NCBI GenBank assembly: GCA_963924565.1
Contig: OZ004610.1
Span: 13,082,001 to 13,146,000, forward strand
DNA length: 64,000 nt
Reading direction: 5' to 3'
DNA from: Ascidiella aspersa
Lineage: Eukaryota
Shown: positions 13,160 through 26,200 of the stretch, one piece after another
Numbering within the stretch: position 1 is the first letter of the stretch
Layout: each line of letters opens with the position of its first letter
Made by a program: the position numbers and the translations under genes
The notes under the pieces: model-generated
Told to the model about the DNA's origin: nothing
The model's database searches: none
The model's input: the letters and a program-made list of their open reading frames with translations, nothing else

Positions 13160-13779
13160 CACCCGATCCGTTAGAAATTAGTGCATTTCTAAGCAAAAAG
13201 GTCTACGACAATCAGGGCATCCAAAGGCAGAAAAGTCTAGACTTTTAGACCTTGAGGTCCTGGCAATGCACTGATTTGGACCTTTAGGTAAACTCCCGGC
13301 GTAGATAAATTAAAAATATTCATTAAAAGTTCAGAAAAGATAACAAAAAGTATGAGATAGGATTAATAACACTTGACTTACCTCAACCCTAACGCTAACC
13401 CGAATCTTAACCCAAATAATGTGCGTTATTTTAATAATTCTTTAAATGCTGGGGAAAAAGGCCCAAACTCGGATGGGCATAAGATGGTTTCTCGTCCATT
13501 GTATTTAAGATTATTACGTCACAAATTGAGGTATTGGGGCCTGGAGCGTTATAATTATTAAATTATCGCACATTGTTTGGGTTAGGGCGCTGGTTAGCGT
13601 TTGGGTTTGGTTGGGTCAAGTATTGTTAAACTTAATTTTCTTATGCACATTTGTTAATGCAAATTAGTGCATTGTCCAAGACCTCAAAGTCTAAAAGTCG
13701 GACTTTTTGATCCTTTGAATGCACTGATTGTCGTAGACCTTTTTGCTTAGAACTGCACTGATTTCTGACGGATCGGGTG
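13160..13779 (+). mobile_element. Foldback-type non-autonomous DNA transposon, copy 1
   Basis: Long TIRs starting CACCCGATCCGT (about 120 bp, plus a further inner inverted block); 7-bp TSD agtatca; second copy at 62315-62940. Confidence 0.93.
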
Positions 13780-14449
13780 AGTATCACGTCAGAATTCTAC
13801 GGTGTTAACAAAATTTCTTTATAATGGGATGGTTTCCGCCACTAGGAGTCGCGTGGATCGACTTAAATGAAGTCGCAAATTTTTAACATGGCGAAAATGG
13901 AAAGTGTGGCACAACTATTTGATCGATAATTCGGTTAGTAGTAGGGCAGTTTGCGACATTTTGACCGGTTTAACTCTTAATTTACCCCTGTAGTCACTAT
14001 CACATCATTTTTTTAGTTTTATAGCAAAGACAAGTATGTGAATATTGCTTTTTTCAAGTCAACAAACTGTCCTTGTAATAAATGTTTGTAATTTGCACCG
14101 TATTCCATCCCTCGATTAACATACCATGAAACACTTACAAGTTAGTTTTCTGTACCTAAAATACAACTTATATTGTGCAAAAAACGAAAATCTAGTTGAG
14201 CATTTCTCGTCAAGTGGCGCTATGGAGCAGAATTCAGCAAAAGAGACAAGACAAGCCAGGGAGTCGAACCGTTTGACTTTTTTGGCTTAGGGTTTTAAAC
14301 GATTTTTTGAAATTGAGGTACAGTTTTAATTCAAAACAATTTAAAATGTTTTTCAACTGGTTCATAAAGTTCCGATTTTGGTTAAAGTAACACGACATTA
14401 ACCTTAGTGTAAATCTATATAGAATTATTATTTTTATAAATGATTAAAG

Positions 14450-15399
14450 CAGGGGCGGGCAACATACGGCTCGCGGGCCGGACCCGGCGGAACAGTCTGC
14501 CGCAATCCCCCACTACTTGATTACTACGTCAAATAATAGTGGTTGTTAGTTATTCTTTAGTTCTTTGTTCTGGGTTAAAACTAGAGGCCATAAGATCGAA
14601 AATAGCCATAAGATCGAAATAAAAACAACATCAGTCGTAATACTGACTAAATCGGAAAAAGTCATAAACCCGTCGTAGTAACACCTAAATGACCAGAATC
14701 ACGGCTATAAAACATTTTGCCTAACCATCACTAACCCTGATAACCACAACCCTAACCCATTTTCTAACCCCACGTCCCCACCCATTGCCCACCAATAACC
14801 CCACACAGGGCCAGAAATCAGGAGTCCAAACAGAAGCGCCATAACGGCGCCCTTCAAACTAGGGCGCCCAAACGTCAACACCAAAACGGCCGATGCCATA
14901 CCCATAGCTCCCGATCGTCCCATACCCTTTTCCTACAGTTTCAGGCGTTATTGTGGCCTTTAAGGCTTTATTCCGAAGAATTTATGACTTATTCCGACAG
15001 ATTTATGTCTTTTATTCAGACGATTAAGTTCTTATTCTGTCGTGGGTATTGCTGCGTAATTGGCTTTATTATGTCGTTTATTATTGAGTATTATTTCTTT
15101 GTTCCCAAATTAGATTTACAATCAATATTTTCCCTTGGATTTTCCCAAAAAACGTAAAGTTGCGAATTTAACAAGGATTGGATGCCCAAGAACTTTTTCA
15201 CCCAAGTCGGCAAGAAAGCAGTATGCTTGCTGTGCAACGAAAGCGTTGTCGTGTTTAAAGAGCACAGTATTAGCCGCCATTATTCGACAAATCATGTAGG
15301 CCATGTCATTACAATTAATATATAGATTAGGAATCCGGCCTGCCAAGTACTTTACTTTCCCATATCAGGCCCGCCGACTGGAGAAGTTGTCCGTCCCTG
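14450..15399 (+). mobile_element. Internally deleted hAT (SPIN/Buster-like) element with a transposase relic
   Basis: TIRs CAGGGGCGGGCAAC...GTTGTCCGTCCCTG; perfect TSD gattaaag; contains a BED-like finger fragment. Confidence 0.9.
15144..15295 (+). pseudogene. hAT transposase N-terminal fragment (SPIN/GTF2IRD2/EPM2AIP1-type zinc finger)
   Basis: PKKRKV (15144-15161), then a frameshift, then EFNKDWMPKNFFTQVGKKAVCLLCNESVVVFKEHSISRHYSTNH (15164-15295). Fits the F...W...FF....K.VC..C...V...KE....RHY...H pattern. Confidence 0.85.
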
Positions 15400-18300
15400 G
15401 ATTAAAGTATAGTAACTCATATTTCATGTAAGTTTTCTTTAAGTTGTAAGGTACTTTTGTAAGTAGCCTAGGTTTACCATAAAGTCCTGAATTTCACACA
15501 TTGATCGTAAAAACAAGTTTAAGGTAGAGATTTTTTTTCAATATTCAGCTAACTTCTGGTTCGACTACTTAAAATGTTGTATAAAACGGTCTAGAATCGG
15601 TCATGGTTTGAATAAAATTATTTTTTGGTTCTCATTTTTTTGCATTTTAGGAAATTTTGAAAATGAGTGCTTAAGTACTAACAGGTCAGTCCACTTGTCT
15701 AATTTGTAATGATTTAAACTTTGGTTTGCGTTAAACACAGTCTACTCATGTTTATGTTTTCGTAGGGTTATTTCAATATTAGCCCGAAAGCTTTACAGTA
15801 ATGTTCCAAAATGTCACATTTGAAACGTTTAAATCTTCAACGCAGTATGTTCGTACAAAATTATTTTGTCCCAGTAGTAATAACACAAGCCATTAGCAAT
15901 TTAAAACAAAACGCTGCTTCTCACAAAACGTGACAAAAAATTTCCCAAATTATAAATCTTTGATTTGCGACACTTTAATTAATTTCACGAGGAAACTTAT
16001 GGCGTTGGTTGGTCTGCTATTTAGGGATTCCAGTCAAAATGATTCATTAAAAAAATGTATTTCTTTGTTTATTCTGCAATCGGACGTTTTTTTAATGTTT
16101 TTTAAAAAATAAGTCAAGTAAAAGAAATCATCTGAATATATTACCGCAGTTTTCAACCAATAAGACAATTAATCCTACATCTAATTAAAGGTATAGAAAT
16201 ATAAAAAAAACTTGACGCAGTAATAATTTGGTGTATGGTGTTATATATCTGTGTAATCTTTAATATTGCTTCTTTGCCTCAATTTGAATGGTATAATAGA
16301 TAGTTGAGTGATTTTATTTAGGAAGCTAAAATTAGCAAACAAATATAACAGCGTATAAGACGAAAAGTATCTTTGTACAGAATGTCTAGGAATTACAAAG
16401 TTAAACGTATGATACGTCACTAATGTTTGCTACAGTTGCTTATTGCAATATTGCTTAAGTAATTATATGTTCTTTTTATTTCATCATATTAAGTCTAACA
16501 CTAACACTTTCATAGGTGATGCTCATAGGAATTGGTGTCGGGTTTTGTTGCAGCTGTACTGTAGTAGCATATGTGGTGCCTTGGGGAATATGGCACCAGC
16601 ACATGTTGTCTAGAACGTCCATAGGCGTATGGTAAAACTTTTATTTAGTGACAATACCAACTGCTAGAACACCAGCCAGATATAACGCTTAGGAGTCAAG
16701 GTTTGGTGTTAAGAAATTTTCTAAATTGCCTGCATATCGATGTAGGTCACTTTCTTACCTACATAATGTTTAGTGCACAGTTTCCTTGTATATCCGGCAA
16801 TGGAAACCATTGCTTTGTTGGAACGAAATTGTCTCATTCCGCTTCGCGAGTTGTGGCTTAGTGGATAACTGTACGGAAAGCACCAAATGGCTACTTGCGT
16901 CTCTAAAGCGCCACTTTGCTATAGATACAGATTTGCGAAAACGACAAAATATAGTTGCGAGGAGGGCAAAATAAGAAGACCGGTTAAGGTGCTTGTGGAA
17001 AAGTCCTGTTTGTTTTGCCTAACAGTATAGAAAGTTGAACAGCATCCTGGTAAATCTCAGAAATCTTTGCTAAGCTTACTAACTCGCCATTAACAGAGGG
17101 CGGAAACGTAGCATTTACGGTAGTGCGTTTCACGATTGTCTACATTACTGTGAGTCCTGCAACGTAAACACAATTTGCGATTGATCGTTCCCGACAGCAA
17201 CGGGAAAACCACACAAATAACGTATTCTCGCTTATTTTTCCGGGAAGTGGCAGACCAAATTCAGCTATCTCGTCGTGCGATGCGCCCATTTGCATTCAAA
17301 TGCACTGCTGCATCGCGAGACAGGCTTTAACCAGAACGTGCCTCTGTCGTGACTTGTGAAGAGAGCGTGCTAATTTGCAATATAGGGGGCGATAGTCGAT
17401 GTCCTATCATTTTGCCCAAATGTGTAGGGTCTTACCGAGAATCAAGCGCCCAAGACTCCTATTATTTTGCTGGACAAGAACAGGCGAGGCGTCTTTCCGA
17501 GCCATTACACGCGCGCACGCCCGATCAACAATAGGCCGTGTCGCGGCGTCTATATTTTTCACCTGTACACGGAGCTCGAGGCCTTGTGGCGTTAAGGCCA
17601 TGCCGCAGAATGCTGAGGAAAGGGGCCGCGCCGTGTTGACGGATGATATGCTTGGTCGCAACGCGAGGCGATTTCAGCACGAACACGAAAAGCGTCAGAT
17701 ACTGATAGGTGAAGGGTAGAACAAGTGCTCTGGATGCAGCATAGGTTTTGCAAGCGTTTGGTATTAAGCCGTTAAAAGCAAGGCAAACAGTCCACTTGTA
17801 ATCGACGAGTGAGGGTGAGCCAAGGGTTCCGGTAAATTTAATAATACCTGTTCTTTCGATGCGGAACTATCGGTGTATATATAACAGGGTTACATGGGTT
17901 TAATTTCAGCATAGCTTGTATATTCAGTGTAAACTTAGTTACTTTGTCCAATAATATGCAATAAATAAAGGTACATTAAGTGACCCGGCCTTGTCTGTTT
18001 ACCGGTGTTGTCGTTGGAAGGATTTGTTAACAATCACCAGACAGCTTGGAAAATGTTTTCAATAAATGTTCCCCGAAATAAGCAAATAACTATATAAAAC
18101 GGATATTCCGGATTCAGAATAACTCTAATACCCTATTAACGTGTATCAAACAAAGGTTGTGGAGTTATAATATTTGCCGCGTCCATCCGGACGACAGTCT
18201 TAAAAGAATAACATAGCACAATAGCGTAAAAAGGCTCTTTTCGTCAAGTATGCCAACTGCTGACCTGATCGCAGCTTTATGAAGCATGATTAAGCAATGG

Positions 18301-18948
18301 TGGTATGATAAGGAAGTTGAATACGAGATCATCAGTAATTTGTTTTCTGCTAAATAAATCGAAACATGCCTCACGGGAGAAGCCTTGTCAGGCACGCTTA
18401 AACGAGCCTCGCTAATGTCTTCAATTTTTTGCGTTTTTTGTAGGCCAGTGAAAATTCGCAAGCATCCCTCCACGCCCACGAATGGCTCGAGTTGCAGAAA
18501 GTGCAAACAGGCGCGAAAGGGCGAACTTCGGCCAGATCAGGTGTCGCGAGTAACAACCCGCACGCAATGTTGTTGCATTATATTGGGATACTGTAGTACG
18601 CGTGCGAAAAACTCGCCGTCCAATACCACTGCCTCATATCGATATAATATGCCAGAGCGCTTCGAGGCATTTTTAGAGACGCCTCCCATGCGTTACGTAA
18701 GATTCAACAGCCCTTAACAGTTCAAAGCATCGATAACATCGAAAAATATTCACCATGCCAGCCAAAGTGGCCTTTTGCGTATATATATTAATAGACATGT
18801 GGTAAGCTGGTTGTAGAAGCTTTAGTTATGCAGGAGGTTCGTTCAGCGCCAGGACAGAGAAAAAAGCAGAAACTGCGAGGTGCGCTGATTACTTATTTAC
18901 TCTGTCGAGTTAATGTGTGATACGGCATTTCCCGAAGTCGTAAAGTAG

Positions 18949-19170
18949 CAGGGCTGATCCAAGGTAGGGGGGATTACGTGGACATACCCCCCAAACTGTA
19001 TTTTTTCCTATATTTCTTTTAAGTAAATACAAACATTTTTCGAGCTTCCCTCGAATCTAGTTATGTTTCTAGAATGTCCTAGTCCATTTTGATAAAATTG
19101 TAACTTTGTGACGTCATATATGAAAAAAATGCATGGCCCCTCCTAAACGAAATTCCTAGATCCGCGACTG
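18949..19170. mobile_element. hAT-like MITE, degenerate
   Basis: CAGGGCTGATCCA...TAGATCCGCGACTG; TSD taaagtag/tgaagtag. Confidence 0.7.
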
Positions 19171-20227
19171 TGAAGTAGTATTGCGACATTGAAAACTTTG
19201 ATTCAGGGAAATGTTTATGCTCGTGTTCCATCGCGTTGCGCTCTCTAGTAGACAGCACTTGAACTCGATAGGAATCGAAATGCCTAAAAGTTAGCGCGAA
19301 AGGTTGTCAGCTTCATCAATAACGCACCGTAACCTAGTGAGTGTCAGGCCTATATTGAAAATCGATCAGGCGTTTTATTAATACGAATCAGTGAAATATT
19401 GCCAACTGCGGTTTAACACATGACATCAGTAGATTTGACTCGAGGCCTACTTGAGTTTTGTTCACTTGTAAACAAACAACCTTAAAGCACATTTCGCCAT
19501 AAACCGAGTGACAACGCCAAACGCGATAATTACCTGCGATTTAACATGACCCATCGTCGTATAAACGCGCACTGCTTAAACGAGTGGGCCACAAGCCTGC
19601 GTTATTTGTTTAAGGCTCGCAGCAGCTAAGGTTTCCGATCGAACCCAGTCGTCCAGTGTCAGTTTCGCCCAGTTTGCCGACAAGCCCGCCCTTCTAAGAA
19701 AACCCCGATTACGCTGGCTGTGGCACGTCTCGACTGCTTTCAGAAAAAAAGAGCGTCTGGTCTTTGGGTGAAGGGTGCGTGGGGTGAAATTTAGATTATG
19801 GAGTGCGTTTGAGGTAGCAGTCTGACTAAGCCGCAGGGTCAGTCAATTCGCTTTTATGTATTATCGCTATTACAATGCGTTGTACTTTAACTACGCAGAT
19901 AATATAGGGCTGTTGTGATTCATCCTATATCACAGCCGATCGATTCAAGCCTGTCGCCGTGAAGGGAGTATAGTCTGCCGAGTGCTTGTAAAGAATATCT
20001 CGCGGAGGCTGGTGTTCGCTGACTTGACGAAGCGAAAACATTGGAGTTAAGGTTTTACGACGAACAAGGCCGCGTTTTCACAGGGCGGAACAGATACCGA
20101 GAAGGAACTCCTGTGTGACAGCGCGGCGAAGTAGCTTGGCCCGCCTTTTGCTAAAACCACCTGTGCCCACTGACAAACGTCATCGGTTAATATTTCTACT
20201 GGTGCGTCACTCGCGGAATGCACCGGC

Positions 20228-23200
20228 ATGGCGTGCATCCACCAAGGGAAAGCGCCTGTGATGCACGACATCAACCGAAGTGACAGCGAAATAGCGCATG
20301 TGAGCAAGTATCCTGCATCGGTGACGTCACTTATCCAGTACCGCAACGAACCAATGCGACTTGGACAGCAGCAGCAGCGTGATGACGACAGAGGCAAAAA
20401 GGAAGTCGAAGACGTAGTAGAACTGGGACGACGCAGATTCAGCAGTAGTAGCAGCAGCGGGGGGCATTTTGTCAATGCGCAGCAGAACGTCCATAGAGCC
20501 AGCTACGTTCCGTCCTACGTCCAGCCATTGCAGCAAGTCAGCACTAAACCGCGTTTAGCTGACGATAGGAATTCGGTTGGGAGACAATCGAAGACAGCAA
20601 GCGCATCTCGACCAATCTTAAAGCGTTACAAGTCAGAGTCGTTCGCCTTCGGTTCCAGGTCGTCGTCGCCCGCATTCGACCCGCTCAGCGATGGACCTAA
20701 TGCGCGAAGACTAAGAAGACTACTCGCCGAGAAACGACAGAGCAAAGGTAAAATTTTGTTGATTTCTTTAAATCGGCCTTGCGTGCTGAATGAGCCACGA
20801 AAACTGCGCTGCGGCAGATAAGCGCGATTGCGCAGGAATAGGCGGGTTCGGTTTCGAAACGGTGAGTGTTTCCGCGTTACCAAATTGACTGAACAGCGAC
20901 TTGCAGCCCCACATTTGAAACCCAACACTTGAACAGTCGCCAATTGTCGAAGGGCTATGCTAATTTTCTGGGAAGGTTTTTGTCGAAAAAGCGGCCTTAT
21001 CTCGGACCATAAAAATACGATTTAAATGCTAATGTGTAATTCGAGACGCAAATTTATGGCCTTGACATCCTGCCTATTTACTTTGCATGTTTTAGGTAGA
21101 AAAAGGTTGTCGTTAGTATTACGACAATAGCTAAGGCGACAAGTGAAGCGTATGCGATACAACGTCTTGGAATGTAGGCTTGAATCACACACACACAAGC
21201 ATCCCAGCTAGAATGACTTACGTAGTCAGCACATGACAAAGCTGATGACGTCGTAATTCGGGGTCGTACAGAAGTCGTAACACTGTAGTTAATCATTTAA
21301 TGTGCCTCGACCCCAAATATTTGCGAAGCTAAGCGGGATTGCCACTTGACCCCCAGCAGCGCCATATTTGAGAATTTACGTGATGTGTATAGTTTCGGTT
21401 CACCCTCCAAAAGGTATTTTCTCTACGACCAAACAATATTTTATTAACTTTAAAGATACAAAATATTTCTAATACTGTTTTGCTACGGAAACAGTTAGCA
21501 AACGTTTAACGTAAGACATTGCAAAAAAAAGTTTGTTACCGCGTTTATAATAATCAACACAGAAATAACGGTAACGTGGCAACCCTCAAAAGTTCCCTAG
21601 AAACCAACAGTTCAACATACACTCTCAAAAAACTTATTAAATATCTAAAATCAATAAATTTGAAAAATAAAATAAATTGTTTCTGGGTGAACAGTACCTT
21701 TAGCACGATATTTTTTGGTAATATGCAGATTTTCAGCCCCATAAAAATTCTTTTTTTCAGCCCCATAAAAATTCATTCCCAACGTGAAAATCACTTCCCG
21801 TCACGTTTCAGTCAAAAGCTTGTGAAAAACATGTCACCTCCGTTCCGCATGGAGTGGCTGAAAAAACAACCGCTTGTGTAGTAATCGCGAACTGGCGTCA
21901 CCTGTGGTGAAGATATAAACCCTGTTAAGCGCAACGTTCTGTTACGTTAAAGCATATATTGTACCCTTTCTCTTAACGGCACAGTAAACCTATTCACAGA
22001 AATGTAAAGCTATATAGAACACGTCGTGAAATTTCACCTTAAATAAATCTTTTAAGGGGCAATACTGGCAAGGTTTTTTTAACACTAACCAGATAGCTTG
22101 ATTGTGTCCAGCATTATACCTATTCCCTAGTTAATTTGTAAAAACAAATTGACAATGTTATTTATTTACAAAATGAATTTCTAAACGTGACGTAGCTGTA
22201 AAAACCAACCGTGTTTGGCTTTCTGTACAAAGAGTTAAGTTTTATTTGTTCGCCTTTGTTAAAGCGAAAGTAGTCGTCGAAATTGGGAAAGAGTCAACAC
22301 TTGGCTATGTTTTAAAATCATTGCGGACACTCGTGGATTTATTTCAGGTGTGTCGAAATACATACCTAAAATGATGAAAGCACGATCTTTTGTCGCCCAC
22401 AATCAAATTCCAACTACTCGTTTTTCAGCGAAAAAACGCTTTTGAAAAATGTAAACATTAATGTGGAAGAAAGAGTTTGTAGGTCAACCTGATACCATGC
22501 TGTGACCGGCGGTCAAACGAGGAGCTTTTTCTTCCTCGTTTAGCATTCCGGTTGCGGTCGTTCCATCTTCATTGACATCATATAGGCATGTCGTGGTGTG
22601 ACTGTTGCTTTATACGCGCCAGCTGCCTGAGTTTCCGGCATTCGACGACCTGCTTATAGCTCTGCGGGCTAGCCAGTATATAGTCGAGCATCATGGGCCC
22701 GGTTTTCTTCCTCGTTTTCTTTTCCACTCGTGTGCACGCGCCTGGAGTTGTGACGCGCTAGCTGTTGCTGTTCCTGTTTATACAAGCGCCGTTAGCTTCT
22801 TGATTGCGCGACTCACCAATACGCAATAGTTAACCAGTTTCAGGAAGTAGCGTGCCGCTGTGCAGCTTTGAAGAGTGTTTCTATTTTTCACAAGACATAG
22901 TCAATTTCGTATTGTTTATTTGGTGCCTGTTTTTAAATGTAAATTATTATTTGCAAATTCTTCAGTTTGTTTCAATGTTAAAAGTCGACCTTAATAATGG
23001 AATTGGTTAACACAAATGACATAACAACACTAAAGATCAAAATTACACCTACTTTCTATATATTCCAGTTACATTTGAACTAGGGCTGGAAAAATAGTAG
23101 CCCGTAGTCCATAAACAAGATAAATTTTTCTTCAGCTATAAAAAATTTATGTAAAACGCCTTGTTTACCGGTCGATGCACGTTATTGTTTGTCAGCCACT

Positions 23201-26200
23201 ATAATAGGCTTCTTTGTGTTTAATCGTGCCCTGCAGCCTGCTGCAAGAACGTTGACGGGGAAACTAATTAGGTAATTTAGGATTAATTTGAAAGAAACAT
23301 AGGGCCGCATATATTTTTGTTGATTGCCAATACTCTTGATTCAAGAAACTGTGATTTAACCAAGACACTCTTTTCTCGAACATCATTACTCAATCTCGTA
23401 GCAAAAGTGTTTAAATTACTAACGTAGATGGGGTGGTCAACGTTACCTAACTGTTTAAAACTAGTGAGTTTGTTTTGTGCAATAATGTTATATCATAGGC
23501 TACTTTTGTTGTTGTACACGATCTAGTGCCAAGTGTCAGGCGTATTTCCAACGTTTTAATCAAATAGCCCAAGAACTTACCATGAAAGCCAACTTCGCCG
23601 AAGCTTGGCGACCAATAACCTCGCTCGGTATATTACGAATGCACAACTAACGACCTAAATTCTCAGAAAAAAAATACCAGGCCTAAAGGGAGAGAGTTTA
23701 CTCGGCGCGGCAAAAAGTGATTACATTGTCTTGCGGCCGGAAGTAACGTGACTCGCTATAAATTACCCTGCCTGGTTAAGGCTTTGCTTCCGGAAGAGGG
23801 TGACTGAAGCTTTTCGTCACGTGTTTGTTGCTTGTTTGTTGTCATATTGCAAAACAGAGAGTGTGTCTCTGATATAGGCGGAATATTGTACGGCAAGTGA
23901 CCGAGCAACGATTGAGTAGCAAGTGACCAGATAACGTTGCACTATGGTTACCAACCACTGACTTTGTGTAGCAAACGAGCGGACATGCTTACCAACATTG
24001 CCCTGAAGATCCAAGGGTCAGGTTATGTGCGCCTTGTTAACATGAGATAAGGAGAGTTTGCTCAGCTAATGGTGATAACGCTTTCTCTTATGGCAACAGG
24101 CGCAATCGAATTCCATATTTAGGTTAAACTGTGTTGTTTGTTTTGCGTATGTGGATAGCCTGTATGCATTTTACCGTCGTTTGCTGTTTTGCGGCGACGC
24201 ATTTTGTTGCAGTTAGTATTAGATTGTATGGATTACAAAGCTCTAGTATTTGCTTGCGTTCGCCCTGGCTTTTCTTGCCGTTGCGAAGCGCGGAAATGTA
24301 TCACTAGTCAAGCTGTTTTGGTCCGGTTTTGTAGTAAATATATCAAGCGCACATCATCTCGTTGCGGAAACGCCTTCGTATAATGAAGTGGGCATTCGTT
24401 CTGAGACATGTTTTCAGTCCACTGCTGACTGAGAACCAATAGAGTGAGTTATAACTATGGCCTTAACAAAGCGCGAAACAGGTGCACGACAGCGTTTAGA
24501 AGGCGATTCGACCAGTGCCGTTTGAGATTTATGTCACTGACCCCTTCGTCGCTTGAAACGAATGGTCTCACTTAAAAGATAATTATTTAGGCGAGGTCGT
24601 GTTATTAGCGCCTACGTTGTCGACTCAGTTTAGCACCAGCTCTTGCGAGGACTATTTGAAGATTCCAGGGTTTGTTTTGTGTGGATTTTGGTTATTTGTT
24701 AAGGGCTGCATAGCCGAATTGCTGTTTGCACAAAGTTGGCAATCCCAAATTATGACTGGTAGCAGAATGCTTTTACAATGGAAGTAATTCGAGTTTTTGG
24801 ACTCGATATGCTTATTTTATTGGTTTTTAAACTGACTTGAAAGAAGATGCATCACGTTCGGCTGTAGTCAAAGGATAGGCGCGATGTCGATGTCGATACG
24901 TAACTTATGCTTACCGAACGAAGTGAAAGTGGTTAAGGTTAAACTGGCAGAGTGAAGCTGTTAGTCAACGAGAGGCAACAAAGACTATAAACTATCATTG
25001 TCTAGTTGCTGTTTTGCAGCATTGAATTATAAGAGATTAGAAAAATGAACTTGTAAAATAGAAAGAAATTATAATGATGTCTCAAAGCCGACCAAATAAC
25101 TTAGCGCTGAAGCCAGCATTCATGGATCATAGAGGATTCCTCGACGAAAGTTGCATACATCATCCAGGTTCGAAAATAAAGTTTAAAGTGTCATAAACTG
25201 TGAGCGAAAAGTGTAGGCATTTATGTAACAATCTTTTTACCGAGGTTTTTCGGGTTTAAGCAATGTTTTGTGAGTTGAAAAATTAACAAAGCTCGTCACC
25301 TCCTTTAACAAGATTGCCAATGAAATTTTAGTATTTGTTTATTTATTTGGGTATCCACTATCCAGTAGCCTATGTCTAGTAACATTATCAAAATTGAGAG
25401 ATTTTTGTTTGTGTCATGTTAACAATTCCAAAAAGTAAACCTAAACACGCTTTGTATTTATGTTGTGAATAACATCCTAGACATGCGCGTCACAATCATG
25501 TATAACACATAGGCGTCAAAACATATTCGTATTACAAATCACAATGGTCATAAACGCATTGCTTTTTACTAAAAATATTAAAGGACTATAGGTTTTTTTT
25601 GCATACTAGATTTATATAACTTTTAAGATGAAGAGGCATAAATATGTAATCATAGTCACTATACAAGTTGTGATAGCCGTTGATGTGGTCGACAATAAAC
25701 ATCATACGTTTGCTGTTGATAGTGGGGTTGTTCATTTCATTAACAATGCACCTACGATGTCATATGCATGTGTTGTGTCAAATGTCCTCACGATAATAGA
25801 AGGTAACCACGTTAAAATTTATTTAAATCTAAAAATAAAACTAATTTGGTTACTTTCTAATGGCAATACCTGTGTCAAAACTTCTCCCTGAGACTTCGCA
25901 GTTGGCACAATAGCCCACAGTTCACGTTCGGGTAAATATGTGCTTCCTGAAGGCGTTCCCAGCTATTTACGTATATATAGTTAAGAGAATATAAATATAG
26001 AGAGCAATACAGTAATGCATTTGTAAGATAATTGCATCATAAGTAAGTACAGTTACTGCAGTTTGTGACATTGTGTTTTAGTAAATACTGGCTTGTGTAT
26101 AACTTATTATCTAAAATCAATCCGATACGTCTTTCAGTTGTTTTTACACTAACGCGTCAAGTGGCTGTTTGCAGCTTGGTTTGCAATCGATAAGTTCTAA

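Noticed and set aside
19810-19831. tgaggtag, a let-7 seed
   Set aside because: The rest of the sequence is unlike let-7 and there is no complementary star arm.
21730-21774. Short tandem duplications (also about 11716-11758 and 51515-51568)
   Set aside because: Two-copy slippage events with no further structure.
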